64,000 nucleotides of DNA from the NCBI RefSeq assembly GCF_006345805.1, contig NC_042997.1, positions 116,932,001 to 116,996,000 of the forward strand, read 5' to 3'. How positions within the stretch are numbered: position 1 is the stretch's first letter; each line of letters opens with the position of its first letter. Origin of the DNA: Octopus sinensis. Taxonomy: Eukaryota. A program made the position numbers and the translations under genes. Below are positions 24,375 through 38,010 of the stretch, piece after piece. The notes under the pieces are model-generated. The model saw only the letters and a list, made by a program, of their open reading frames with translations. It ran no database searches and was not told the DNA's origin.

Positions 24375-24715
24375 TGTGTTGGCGAAATGCGTAGCGGTAT
24401 TTCGTCTGCCGCTACGTTGTGAGTTCAAATTCCGCCGAGGTCGACTTTGCCTTTCATCCATTCTGTGTCGATTAAATAAGTACCAGTTACGCACTGGGGT
24501 CGATATAATCGACTTAATCCGTTTGTCTGTCCTTGTTTGTCCTCTCTGCGTTTAGCCCCTTGTGGGTAGTAAAGAAATAGGTATTTCGTCGGTCGTTACA
24601 TTGTGAGTTCAAATTCCACCGAGATCGACTTCGCTTTTCATCCTTTCGGAATCGATAAAATAAGTACCAGTTGGGTACTGGAGTCGATCTGGCCCCCCAC
24701 CCCAACAACTTAGGT
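24375..24715 (+). mobile_element. SINE-B two-module copy
   Basis: GTATTTCGTC at 24397 and 24581 (184-bp period). Tail X lies at 24514-24579. Confidence 0.9.
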
Positions 24716-24926
24716 GAGTAGTGAAGAGAGATAAACATACTCAGTGTAGATCATGGTTCGAGGATTACGAAGCGCGGTGAAGGGAGCAGATGTATTTGGA
24801 TGAACAAAGAGAGGCGACTTTTAGCCAGATTAACTGAAAGTATTTGTTGTACGAGGTAAGTGTGGTGGAGTGCGGATTGTACGCAAGCATCACTTTTTGG
24901 AGTGATGTTTTGAGTGTAGTATACAG

Positions 24927-25052
24927 CAGTGGTTCCCAACCTTTTCACTACCATGGACCCCGTGTAATATGCTTATCCTTATATATGGAATTTTGAATTT
25001 AGTTCACGGACCCTCAGTAATAATTTTGCGAACCACAGGTTTGGAACTATTG
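24927..25052. mobile_element. hAT (Charlie-type) MITE
   Basis: TIR CAGTGGTTCCCAACC / GGTTTGGAACTATTG with a perfect 8-bp TSD GTATACAG (24919-26, 25053-60). Confidence 0.85.
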
Positions 25053-25136
25053 GTATACAGGCTGGACAGCAGAGATGTATTATAAAATGGGGCTAGGAAA
25101 TTTTGTCTCAGAGAGGAATATGATGTGGGAGTTATC

Positions 25137-25543
25137 CATGCCGGATTAAGACCCATTGACACCCCAAGCACTTAAAATATTTTGGTGCTCCCATACATAT
25201 GTAATTCAAAGTAAAAACAATTTTTTAAAAATTACATAAACTAAACGTAAGTTGGAAAATAATGTTAATTTTTGGATACTTCAACCTTATCTATATTCGA
25301 AAAGTTTTCTCCTACATTTTTTAATTGCCAAGTTTTTGATCAGATCAGCAAAATTAATCTTACGTAACACATCTGCTTCTGTACTGAGTAGGGTTAAGGC
25401 AACCCGTATATTATTTTAGTGAATATCAAGTTATTTCTTTGTGCGTTAAACCATTTACCATTTCTGTGGTGCACCCACCCGCACATACTTCCCTTCATGC
25501 CCTAAGCACGAGCTTATTTTGCTTCATGGTTAATCCAACCCTG
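25137..25543. mobile_element. Possible degenerate hAT-like MITE
   Basis: Ends CATGCCGGATTAA / TTAATCCAACCCTG resemble CAGGGCCGGATTAA-type TIRs. No clean TSD. Confidence 0.4.
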
Positions 25544-25989
25544 GGACTGTCCAGTCAGTAAGAGGTGATGTGTCGGGGTGTAGATTCGAGAACTGTTCCT
25601 GAATGTTAGAGAGGAGGAGGGAGGATTGGCCGTTTCGGGGTCTTGGTATTTCGTGTCTGGAGTGCTCAGTCACATACACGTTAATTTCACGAGCAGGCTG
25701 TTCCGTTGATTCGGATCAACCGGAACCCTCATCGTCGTAACCGACGGAGGGCTTCCATCTATTTCGTGTGAATGCCTCTAAAAGCACTTCCGAGCCAAGT
25801 GTGGTGTTAATTGGAGCAGAGTAATGTGCTTAGGAGGACACTGTACGTTATTTATAGCAGAACCAGATTCAGCGTATAGAGAGAGAGGAGATGACGAGGC
25901 AAGCATCATGTGCATGATTTTATTGTGTTACGAAGAATGTTCATTCAGTTAGTTGACAGTTCATTGATAGAGTATATTGAGGAAAGCAT

Positions 25990-26181
25990 TAGGGAGAGAA
26001 AGAGATAAAAAGAGAAGATGGTGGGAGAAAGAATGACTGATACAGAGAGAGAGATACAGTCAGAGAGCGAGTGAGAGAGAAATGGTGGGAGAAAGAATAA
26101 ATGATACAGAGAGAGGGAGAGGGTGACAGCGAAACAGAGAAAGAAGGTGGGAGAATGAATGAATGATACAGAGACACAGAC

Positions 26182-26239
<58 letters not shown>

Positions 26240-26413
26240 GTGACAGAGAGAGAGAGAGACAGAAAGATGGAGGGAAAAAGAATGAATGATACAGAGAGAG
26301 AGAGAGAGACAGCGAGAAAGAGAGGGTGACAGAGAGAGAGAAAGTAGATGGTGGGAGAAAGAATAATGATACACAGAGAGAGATAGCGAGAAAGAGGATG
26401 AGAGAGTGGGGTT

Positions 26414-26449
<36 letters not shown>

Positions 26450-26490
26450 GAGAGAAAGAAAAAGAAAGAAAGAGAGAGAGAGAGAGGGAG
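25990..26490. repeat. GA-rich composite minisatellite
   Basis: Recurring ATGGTGGGAGAAAGAAT(GA)ATGATACAGAGAG units embedded in (GA)n. Confidence 0.85.
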
Positions 26491-26799
26491 AGGGAGATCT
26501 TGTTTGCAACCAACGTTTGTCACTGTCTGCAAACAACAGAAATCCAAAAGAAAACAAAAAATAAGTTGAATGTTATATCGTCTTATGTGTCTTTTTCTTC
26601 GCACTTTGACAACATCTGGTCTTCCACTATTTAACTCTTTTGTTTCGGACGGGTGTACATAAACACTTTTCGTTCACTCAGCATCTTTGTTTTTAGTGAA
26701 TATCCAGAGATAGTAGGACTATGTTGTTACTCTTACACTCTTACGCTCCCCCCACATACACACACGTACGGCCATACACACGCATAAACATACACGCAT

Positions 26800-26807
26800 T
26801 CATACAC

Positions 26808-26850
<43 letters not shown>

Positions 26851-26882
26851 AAAAAACATGTGTATATATATATACACACATG

Positions 26883-26915
<33 letters not shown>

Positions 26916-26999
26916 GTATGTGTACATATATATACACACCTGTATGTATGTATATAATATATATATACACACCTGTATGTGTGTGAGTATATATATATG

Positions 27000-27036
<37 letters not shown>

Positions 27037-27064
27037 CACCTGTATGCATATATACATATATATG

Positions 27065-27109
<45 letters not shown>

Positions 27110-27199
27110 CACCTGTATGTATATATACATATATATATGTATATATACATATATATATATGTAATATACATATATATATGTATATAACATATATATATG

Positions 27200-27248
<49 letters not shown>

Positions 27249-27354
27249 ATATATATACATACATACACCTGTATGTATATATACATATAATATGTAATAT
27301 ATATATATATATTATATACACACCTGTATGTATATATACATATATATATATGTA

Positions 27355-27440
<86 letters not shown>
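26800..27440. repeat. Punctuated (TA)n tract
   Basis: TA runs interrupted by repeated CATACACACCTGTATG. Confidence 0.9.
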
Positions 27441-29239
27441 CTAGCTGACCTCCTGCCGTCAGAAATGGTGGCTAACTGTAGTATTTTATATATAAATAAG
27501 GTACAAAATAAGGTCCATAATAATATCACAGATACAAACATTCACATACTTCCCTTGTACACGCAAACACATATACTCAGAGTTGAAATGCTGATTTTTT
27601 TTTCACCCCTTCCTTCGTTATTCATCTATCACCCCTACCTTTCTCATTCATATGTTGTGACGGAGAAAAACAGAAGTTACACGCTGCGCTCTTTGCCACT
27701 TCCTTTCCCTCTTTCTCTCACAGTCAGGGCTATTACATCTCACTACATCTCCTTCACTGAATTACTATTTTCTCTCCTCTCCCTTCATTTATACTACTAT
27801 TTCTCCTACTCCGCCTTACTGCTACACCGTGATTTTGGACAAATATATAAAGGCGACGAGTTGGCAGAGTCGTAAAATTATTAGCGGCACTTCGTCTGCT
27901 TTTATTTTCTAGTAAAAATTCCTCGTAGGTCGACTTTGCTTTTCACCCATCGGAGTCGATAAAGTAATCAACAGCTGACTACCTTTGAAATTGCTGGCTT
28001 TGTATCAAAATTCGAATCCAATATATTGTGCGTCTGTACATATAGTGAATGTGCATGACACTCTATTTCATGTTGCTTTAGTCCACTAAGCTGACAAAAA
28101 TAAATACTATCTGTATTTCAAAGGGCCAGCCTTGTCACATTCTATGTTACGATGAGAGCTACGTTAAGGGTACGCGTGTCTGTGGGGTGCCCAGCCACTT
28201 GCACCTTAATTTCACGAGCAGGTTGTTCCGTTGCTCGGATTAGCTGGAACACTCGCCGTCTTAACCGATATATCGTTTACCATAGTATCTAGAGCTAGTT
28301 TTCACGGCGTTATTATTGCGTTCCGTGAAAGAATAATGATAATAAATACTTAAATAAATGAAAACTTCGCCGTAAATCGGCTTTAGATTTCTCACTTTGT
28401 CTATCTTTATATGTATGTAGATACATATGTATATGTGCGCGTATACACATATACACACGTATGTGTGTTCATATATGTACTCACGCACGTACATATAAAA
28501 AGTATTTACGTACATGAGAGTGAACATCCATGACCTACAAGTTGGAGTATTCAGCTCACGATCGTATCGTCGTGAGTTCAATTCCCGGCGACGCGTTGTA
28601 TCCTTGAGCAAGACACTTTATTTCATGTGGCTCCAGTCCACTCGGCTGGCAAAAATGAGTACTACCTGCACTCTTCCAACTGTATTGAGTAACCTTTCAA
28701 TTTAATACGAAATTGGTTTTAGCTTTATAACGTAAGAATAGATGGTTTCACAATATAAAAGTTGCTACAAAATACTTAGCGGCATTTCGTCCGTCAATAT
28801 ATCCTGAGTTCTAATTCTGTCCAGAGTGAATTTGCCTTTGATCCTTTTGGAGTCGATAAAATAAGTACCAGTTGAGCACTTGGATCGATGTAATCGAGCT
28901 AGTACTTCCCTAGAATTTGCTGGTTCTGTGCCAAAATCTAAAACCAATATTTATCTACAGAAGGATAAAACAAGGCAGCGAGCTGGCGTAATCGTTAGCG
29001 TACCGGGAAAAATGTTTAACGGCATTTCGTCTGATTTTATGTTTTGAGTTCAAATACTACCGAGACCAACTTTGCCTTTCATCCTTTTCGGGGTCGATAA
29101 TATAAGTACCAGTCGAGCACTGGGGTCGATATATTCGACTTACACCATACCCTATATTTATTGGACTTGTGCTAATGTTTCAAGTATTATCATAAGAACA
29201 AACAAATATGCACATGCGTGCATACACTACCATGTATAT

Positions 29240-29402
29240 GTGTTTAAGAAGTTTGCATCTCAGCCACATGGTTCGGGGTTTAATTCCACTGCGTGGCACC
29301 TTCACAGAGTGTCTTCTACTATAGACTCGGGTCGAGCAAAGATACATGAATAAATTTTGTAGAAAAAAAATCTGAAAGAAGTCCGTCATATGTGTGTGCG
29401 TG

Positions 29403-29443
<41 letters not shown>

Positions 29444-29725
29444 TGTATATAAATATATGATATAATATAAATCTGTGTGTGTTTACACAAGCACAAATAT
29501 ACAGGTGTGTGTGTGTGTGTTTGACCTCCGCCACAGCTGTGTAACCGGTGCTGGTGTGTTTACGTCCCTGTAACTTAGTGGTTCGGAAAAACAAACGGAT
29601 GGAAAAAGTATTATGCTTTAAAAAATAAATAAATAAAATAAGTACTGAGGTCTATTCGTTCGTCTCAAATTTTTGAAGATGGTACCCCAGCATGGCCGGC
29701 GCCTAATGAATGAAACAAAATATAA
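29240..29725 (+). mobile_element. SINE-A (diverged)
   Basis: Head, body, central microsatellite and tail ccccagcatggcc...gaaac. Confidence 0.75.
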
Positions 29726-29729
29726 AAGA

Positions 29730-29798
<69 letters not shown>

Positions 29799-30529
29799 CA
29801 CATGTTCGATGCTAAAATGTAAGTAGTTAAAGCAAACGCATTTTGATGCAAGGGAAACAACTCACACAAAATACTTGTATTTTTATCGGAAACGATGCGT
29901 TCAAACAACCTGATACAAAATAAATATAGAGAAAAAAAATAATAACAGTAATAAATAATGCCTTATAAAAACACACAAATGAACTGATGATAAAAGAAAA
30001 AATCAATTTGTATATTCATTTCAGGGAAGACAACTAAGGCATGCTTTAACAAAAGAGACGGTTTATAAATAATGCCATCTACTGAAGGATATTACAGTAA
30101 ATAGGTAAAAGAGGAAATGGTTTTTCTCACCTTTATTCCAGCAGAAATTGCTTTTGACATTTATGCACACACCTGTTCTCTCTCACCTTCGTTTGTTTTT
30201 CAGTAATATATATACCCAATGTTTTTCCGCCGTTTCAATTCTATTTGATTTCAGCAACATTTATTCCCGTTTATATATTTCTGTGTTAGATTTTTACTGC
30301 TGTCATTTCATGCACATGAAAATAAACATTTTGTTTTTTTTCTCCTATTCGCCATAACCATGGAAACAGATTTGAATTTCCAATGTGAAATATACTATTT
30401 AGTGTCATTGTATAGCTGGCCTTATTGATTTTTAATATTAGTACAACACCTCATATTAACAACTTGTTGCTTTAACTGCGATTTGAAACCGGCAAACACG
30501 GATCGATTGTGTTTTATGTGTTTTATGTG

Positions 30530-30788
30530 ATTTAGCCATTTGACTGAGGCCATGCTGGGGCACCGCCTTGAAGAACTTTTAAGTGAATGATTCTACTCGA
30601 GAACTTACCTCTTTATTTATTTATATATTTTTGAAACCAGGTTCTTATTCTGTCGATCTCCTTTTGCCAAGCCGCTTGGTTATGGGGATGCAAACAAACC
30701 AACATCGGTTGTCAAGCGGTGGTGGGGCACAAACACAGTCAAAAATACACATATACATATGGGTATATATGTATATATATGTGTGTGT

Positions 30789-30823
<35 letters not shown>

Positions 30824-30833
30824 ATCTGTCTGT

Positions 30834-30874
<41 letters not shown>

Positions 30875-30912
30875 CTGTCTGTCTGTATACATATATCTAT
30901 ATATATTATATA

Positions 30913-30979
<67 letters not shown>

Positions 30980-31023
30980 ATATAATATATATTATATATA
31001 ATCTGTCTGTCTGTATACATATA

Positions 31024-31058
<35 letters not shown>

Positions 31059-31225
31059 ATGTATATATATATACTTTATTTAAAGCAGCAGAAAATTCAA
31101 CAATCTGTTGAATTTTCTGCAGCTTTAAATAAAGCATATTACTCTACCACTGGTATTTGAGTACTCTTTTTTCCACCTTGTTTCACATTTATGTGTTTAC
31201 TCCGGTATATATATATATATATATA

Positions 31226-31260
<35 letters not shown>

Positions 31261-31410
31261 TATTATCTGTGTGTGTATGGGCTTCTTTCAGTTTCCTTCT
31301 ACCAAATCCACTTACAAGACAGTAATCGGTCCGAGGCTAGGGTAGAAAACACTTGTTGAAGCTGGCACGCAGTGGGACTGAACCCGGAACTATGTGGCTG
31401 GGAAATAAAT
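30530..31410 (-). mobile_element. SINE-A split by an expanded microsatellite containing a PLE foldback
   Basis: 3' half at 30530-30745 and 5' half at 31275-31410. Confidence 0.8.
31074..31205 (+). mobile_element. Short Penelope-like foldback, same family as 555-793
   Basis: 29-bp arms (31074-31102 / 31106-31134). The tail is the reverse complement of 555-625. Confidence 0.65.
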
Positions 31411-31529
31411 TCGAATAACATTCCTAACGATACGAGCCTAAATCTGAGGTAATAGCGCTAACCATAGTCAAGACGTGAGAAGTTTTATTAATTTTTTTTT
31501 TTAATAATAATACCTATTTACGATACTCA

Positions 31530-32123
31530 TTCACATTGATATTATTGGCTTCACATTTTTAGCACACGGTCAGCAATTTCGTGGGAAGGGGATAAGTTGG
31601 TTACATTGACGCCAGTGTTCAACTGGTACTTATTTTATCGTCCTCGATAGGGTGAAAGGCAAAGTCAACTTCAGTGGAATTTGAACTCGGAACGTAGAAA
31701 CAAACGAAATACCTATTTCTAATTCTTAACTACCCACAAGGGGCGAAAACACAGAGAGGACAAACAAGGACAGACAAACGGATTAAGTCGATTACATCGA
31801 CCTCAGTGCGTAACTGGTACTTATTTACTCGACCCCGAAAGGATGAAAGGCAAAGTCGACCTCGGCGGAATTTGAACTGAGAACGTAGTGGCAGAAGAAA
31901 TATCTAATTATTTACTGCCCGCAAGGGGCTAAACACAGAGGGGACAAACAAGGACAGACACACGGATTAAGTCGATTACATCGACCCTAGTGCGTAACTG
32001 GTACTTATTTAATCGACTCCGAAAGGATGTAAGGCAAAGTCGACCTTGGCGGAATTTGAACTCAGAACGTAACGACAGATGCATTTTGCCCGGCATACTG
32101 ACGATTCTGTCAGCTCACCGCCC
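31530..32123 (-). mobile_element. SINE-B three-module copy
   Basis: Diverged head and terminal module, with two near-consensus tail-X modules at 184-bp spacing (31831 and 32015). Confidence 0.9.
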
Positions 32124-32153
32124 TTCACATAGCTAATATTAATTTGTCACACA

Positions 32154-32376
32154 GCAGCAAACTGGCAGAGTCGATAGCACGCCGGGAAAAATACTTCGCA
32201 ACATTTCGTCTGTCTTGACGTCTTGAGTTCAAATTCCATCGAAGTTGGCTCTGCTTTTCATCCTTTCGTAGTCGATGATAAAAACAAAAAGTACCATTTG
32301 AGCATTGGGGTCAATGTAATCGACTTACTCCCTCCCGCCCCCGAAATTGCTGGCCTTGTGCCTAAAGTTGAAAGCA
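32154..32376 (+). mobile_element. SINE-B monomer with about 19-bp TSD
   Basis: AATATTAATTTGTCACACA (32135-53) versus AATATTGATTAGTCACACA (32377-95). Confidence 0.85.
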
Positions 32377-33444
32377 AATATTGATTAGTCACACATCCAT
32401 GTGATAAAACGATTTGTTTTCATGGTTGATTTTCATTACTGATACTCGCTTTATTTGCTCCGATGGAATGAAGGATTAAATCCCCACCACCACACTCCCA
32501 CTCCACCGAGAGAATGTAAACCCAGAATGTGGAAGCATCAAAGTTGTAAATAGTCTGAGTTTACTCTGCTGCTCTCTGTGACTATTGCTATTACAGAGGC
32601 AAAAGAATACATCAATTTCTTTTACATGAAACCATCATCAAGGAAGGCGACGAGCTGGCAGAATCGTTAGCGCGTCGGACAAAGTCGTATTTTTCCAGGC
32701 TCTTTATGTTCTAGGTTCAAATCCCACTGAGGTAAAATATGCTTTTCATCCCTTCAGGGTTAAAATAGAGTACCAGTTACTTATTGAAATCGACGAAATC
32801 GACTCAGCCAATGTCTTGATTCTACAGCGGACCAGTCACTTATATACCATGGAAACCGAGTAACCGGCGTTAAATGTCTTAGGTCGGACCCGAGAAAAAA
32901 ATTTATAAGGAGAAATCTCACCATTCGCCACTAAGATTTTTATTTTGTCAGTATCATAAAAATAATATAAGCATCAGTAATACACCATAATTCGATTCAA
33001 TCGTAATGCTTAGCGGCATCATATCTGTTTTTGCGTTCTCCGTTCAAATTCCGCCGAGGTTGACTTTTCCCTTCATCTTTTCGGGAAATACCATTTGAGT
33101 AATGAGGTCGATCTAATCGACTTACCCTCTCAGCGAAATTCCAGGCATTGTGGTAACATTTGAAACCAATATTGGGCTTGATCGAAAAGTAATCAATATT
33201 AGGAATATTTCGTGGTGAATTATGCTAGATACCTTGTAGATCTTATTTGGATCTGATTATGAATCACATGATTCCACTGCCTGGGAGCCGATAATGAAGC
33301 CAATCCAGTCCTCTGTGTCATACTCTATAAAATTTGTGCAGTTAAAACATTATGAGTATAAGAGAAAATAAAATTCTGCCATTAGTGTTAGGGTCTACTG
33401 CTTCTGAAAATTCCTTTTTTTTTTTTTTTTTTTCTTTTACATTC

Positions 33445-33586
33445 TTTTAGGAGCATCGCCTTTAGTCGAGAAAATCGACCCCAGGACTTATTATTTGTAA
33501 AGACAGTACTTATTTTATCGGTCACTTTTGCCGAAACGCTAATGGCTACGTAAATTCACCAGCATCGGTTGTCAAGCGACGCTGGA

Positions 33587-33635
<49 letters not shown>

Positions 33636-33790
33636 CACAGCTGGTTTCTTTCAGTTTCTGTCTACCAAATTCACTCACAAGGCTTTGGTCGGCCCGAGGC
33701 TATAGTAGAATATACTTGCCCAAGGTGTCCCCCAGTGGGACTGAACCCGGAACCATGTGGTCGGTAAGCAAGCTATTTACCACACAGCCA
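33445..33790 (-). mobile_element. SINE-A
   Basis: Reverse complement of the head, body and central microsatellite. Confidence 0.85.
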
Positions 33791-36700
33791 TTCTAGAAAA
33801 AAGACGTGTACCTACGATCTTCGCAGACTTTCTGAGCTCCCTAAGATTGACGTGATTAATGTTTGTCTTGAAATCTGCAGGAAAACATGTGTAGGGATAG
33901 AATTCTAAGGGACCATCATTCCGAGAAAGGACTGGGAAAAGTGATTAGTGTAAGGCCAAGGTTCAGCGGAACAGGATATTGTTGATGATATGTAGAGGAA
34001 CGAGTGAATCGGCCGTGCCCGAGTTAAGCTACAATAAGACGGTATCTTAAATATTTCAAACTGACTTAAGAAAATATTTGGATTTATTATCAATCTTTGT
34101 CTTCTTATAACTCTCCCAATTCGATACCCTTAAATATTCATTTGTCTTAAAAATATTTAAATAACATGAGAAAATATTTATGAGCTCAATCTCGTCCAGA
34201 TGTCTGAGATGTTTTCAGCAAACAGCCTGATTAAACATTTCAAACACAAAGCGGATATAATTTTCATACGATTAATTGTTGTGGAAAATAACATTGTAAA
34301 CTTTGTAAAAATTGTGAACAGAACTGATAGTTAATTCAGGATATTTTTATGCTTAAACAGAGATTCAAAATAGACATGAAATCAATACTGAGAACATGTT
34401 TATTTAATTTATTATATTTTTTAGGTTTTTTCTTTCAAATTGAAGTTACAGATGAATAATATTGACAGATGTTTCTACAATAAAACTGTTCAGCCATGTA
34501 TGTTTTTAGTGTATTTAAAGAAATTCCGTGAAATTTTCAAAATATACTTAAATTAAATGCATGTCGTTAGGGAGTACTTTTGAAATGTTTCTAACATCTT
34601 TCATTTTAAAAGATATAAGTTGATTATTGGTCTTGGAATTTTTTATATATATAATATTTGAGTTATTCAATTGCTGCATTCAGTATATTTCGAAATTTAA
34701 ACATTGACTAGAAAATTTGAATTAAATGCGAAATGGTTTTGAGAGGAATATTAGCGGCACAAATCTGAAATTGATTGAATTTGAAAATTCATTAAATTAC
34801 ATTTATGTCAAACATTTAGACTTTGGGAGCATATTCTTTGAATATAACATTAGAGATTTTATTTGCTGCTGTTTAAGAAATATTTAGAAAATGTTGACAG
34901 AATTGTTTGCATCATTCATTTCAGAAATTAGATTTATGCTGTTTAAAGAAATAGAATCAGAGCAACGTAAAAAGAAAGTAAACTAGGGTAGGTTATTCTT
35001 TCTTTTATATACCTGAATATATGGTACGATTGGAAGCCAACGGATGGGTTAGTTTCTAAGTTATTTTCTAGATATAGCACCTGAATAGCCCTCAATTCAT
35101 ACAGTACTGTTTTAACTTAAATAAGAACTGACACGTTAGATAATCCAGCCCCACATATACCTAAAATATAGAATGGTCACAAATGGAGAGTCTTTGATCC
35201 GAGGTGCGTTCACTGAGGGGGTGACCTATGGTTAAACATTATCATCATCGATGTCGATTACATCAATTGTTATATGGATAGTCTATAAGACTAAGATAAC
35301 CCTTAATAATTGGACTAATTAATATTTCAAACATACCATTTTATCTTAATCGATAATGTTAGTTTCTAATTACGAGAATGTGATTGGTTCTTCATTGTAG
35401 AGAATGTTTGAAGGGTTCCAGATTAAATGCATTGAATTCTAGTCATTCATGATGAATTATTGTACATTAAAAGATACTTACATACAAACACAGGCACAAT
35501 ATTCTTTATGTTTATATGCAATATAATACAATTATATATTACTCATATTTTCAAGATTATAAATGAGCATCGTTACATTCATTTGATATCACATTATGTG
35601 AGTCTAGATCTTATGAGTGGTTCATTCATTCGTTTTCATTTGTCATGCATGTTCAAAAATTGTCTAAAGTCTTTTAATATCGTTAATAGTTTTCTTGTAT
35701 CACTGTTGCCAACTTAACAGAATTCTGTCTGCTTGCAACTAACTGACAACTTGTCTGGTCTTAGATTAAGTTTCCTTCTACAATCTTAATTGAATTTCAT
35801 TAAATGAATATGCGTTAAATAATGAAATTTCTAATACATACGAATGTGAGGGGACACGAGAGCATTGAGCAGAAAGCCTTTAAAACCACTGAAGTCAATT
35901 TTACCCTTCATCCTCCTGGAATCGATCAAAAAGTGCCGATCTGGTGCGATGGACTGAAGGAATTGTAAGTAAATCGAACCAGATGCTTTAAGGTTCTTGT
36001 TTTTGGCCTTTGAATTCTGAGTTCAAATCCTGCCATGGCTTATTTGGGTTTAACATTGTCATCTGGTAACTACTTCATATTTAGTAGACTCTACTCTAAC
36101 TTAGGGGTCTAGTTGTTAGGATGTTTCACTCACGATCGTGATATGTCACTTCCATTACTGGACCAGTCTGTGTGTTGTGTCCTTGAACAAAACACTTCAT
36201 TTCACGTTTCTCTAAACCATTCAGCTTCTTTATACGAAGCTCTGCAACAGACTGTTGTCCTTCTCAGGGAGAATGTTGTAACTTCGGTCACTTACACGCC
36301 ATGGAAACCAGGTAATTGGCCGTATGCATTTTAGGATTCGAGACAGTGTGTCCAGAGGTCGATTATAATGATGATGATGAGGATAATGGTGATGACTTCT
36401 GGCAAGCACTCGGGTGGGGTCTTCATTTTAAGAAAAAAATTCTTAATTTCCAAGTCAGAATAAAGGGTTATGGGTACTGTCTTTTCTCTCGACTGACGAA
36501 GATAAAAATGAAATAGAAGGGCAAAGAGAGTTCAGTATTTTCTAAACTAAAAGCATTCGATGAAATCATTAAATCCCATTTTATTAAAAACATATTTTTA
36601 CAAGAGACAGAAAACAAAGCATTAAAAGTATAAACGATCAAATAATCGAGAAAAAACAAAAATCACTTTCCTAAGGAGCCAAAGAAATAAAAAAAAAGGA

Positions 36701-37654
36701 GGGGGAAATTAGCAGATGTGGGGAGAGAGTAACGGGTTATACATCCCAGACCAAATCGCGGAAATGATTGCAAAGGGTTACCTCGGAGAGTGTCCGGCGT
36801 AATTCACTGCAGCAGCGACCCCACCACGCGGGGTTCATTTCTCAGACAGGCTGCAGCTAAACTGATTCTGCGGTGGAAATCAGAATCCCAGTATGAGATT
36901 GTTGAAAGGCAAATCCAACCCTAGCGTGATTTTAGGTCCAACCTGATCGCCATTTAACTAGCTCAGTAAAATATTGATTATGCCATTCATTAATCTGGAG
37001 CGGGAATTAGGAAATTAGAAATATGATTTTGGTTTAGGCACTAGGCCAGAAATTTTGAGGGGAAGGGTTAGTCGATGCTATCGACATCAGTACTTATCAG
37101 TTACTTTATTCTATTGATCCCCGATGAACAAAAGGAAGTGTTCAACTCTTCGAGTAGAACATTGTATTATAGAATAACGAATATTGAAGTGTCTATAATT
37201 TCACTAACACATGTGCGTGCACATCGATACATCTGTGTGTGTGTGTGTGTGTGTCGTTATGTAAAAAGTTGGGTTGTGTTCAAAAGCATAACGGTGTTTG
37301 TGTCAAAAATCGAAACTTAACGATTCGAAAGTGTTTTTATGAAATATATGCTGAGATCGATGTAAACGACTAAACATTTGAAGGCGATGCCACAGCATGG
37401 CCGTAGTCTAATTACTGAAACCGTTGTTATTGTTGCTGTTGATTAACTTCATGTTAACCCTAATGGTGCATAGAAATTTTGAAAGGTATTTTGACGGGAT
37501 CAATTTCCTCTCAGTGGTCGTTTTACTGTACCTAACACGTAATTCAGTATTTTGAAGGCAGCAGAGTACGAATTGAGAAAGCTCTAGCTATTATTTCGAG
37601 CAAACAGAGCGACTGTACAGAGCCCTATTTTTCTTATATTATGATCTGAAATGT

Positions 37655-38010
37655 CGCCGGCCACTCTCCGAGGCAACCCTTTTCAATCATTTCCGTGATG
37701 TGGTCTGGGATGTATAATGCGTTACTCTCTCCCCACATCTGCTAATTTCCCGCCCCCCCACTTTTTCTTTGACTCCTTAGGAAAGTAATTTCCGATTTTT
37801 CTCAAGCTGGCAGAATCGTTAGCACACTGGACGAAATACTTAGCGGTATTTTTCCGTAGCTACGTTCTGAGTTCAAATTCCGCCGAGGTCGATTTTGCCG
37901 TTCATCCTTTCGCGGTCGATAAATTAAGTACAAGTTGAGTACTGGGGTCGATCTAATCGACTGGCTCCGCCTTCCCCAAAATTCCGGGCCTTGTGCCTAG
38001 AGTAGAAAAG
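37655..38010 (+). mobile_element. SINE-B insertion with a 5' extension homologous (inverted) to 36648-36799
   Basis: A 17-bp TSD ATTATGA(T/C)CTGAAATGT at 37638-54 and 38011-27 brackets both parts. Confidence 0.8.

Noticed and set aside
25945-26604. 219-aa and 165-aa Leu/Ser-rich ORFs
   Set aside because: Products of the (CT)n-rich minisatellite.
27441-27480. CTAG plus hairpin resembling a Helitron 3' end
   Set aside because: The hairpin abuts CTAG directly and no matching 5' end was found.
26741-27541. Long ORFs rich in IYIY/HTHT/CVCV (also 6603-6980, 20429-20896, 49094-49774, 50105-50717)
   Set aside because: They are translations of TA/CA microsatellites, which lack stop codons in some frames.
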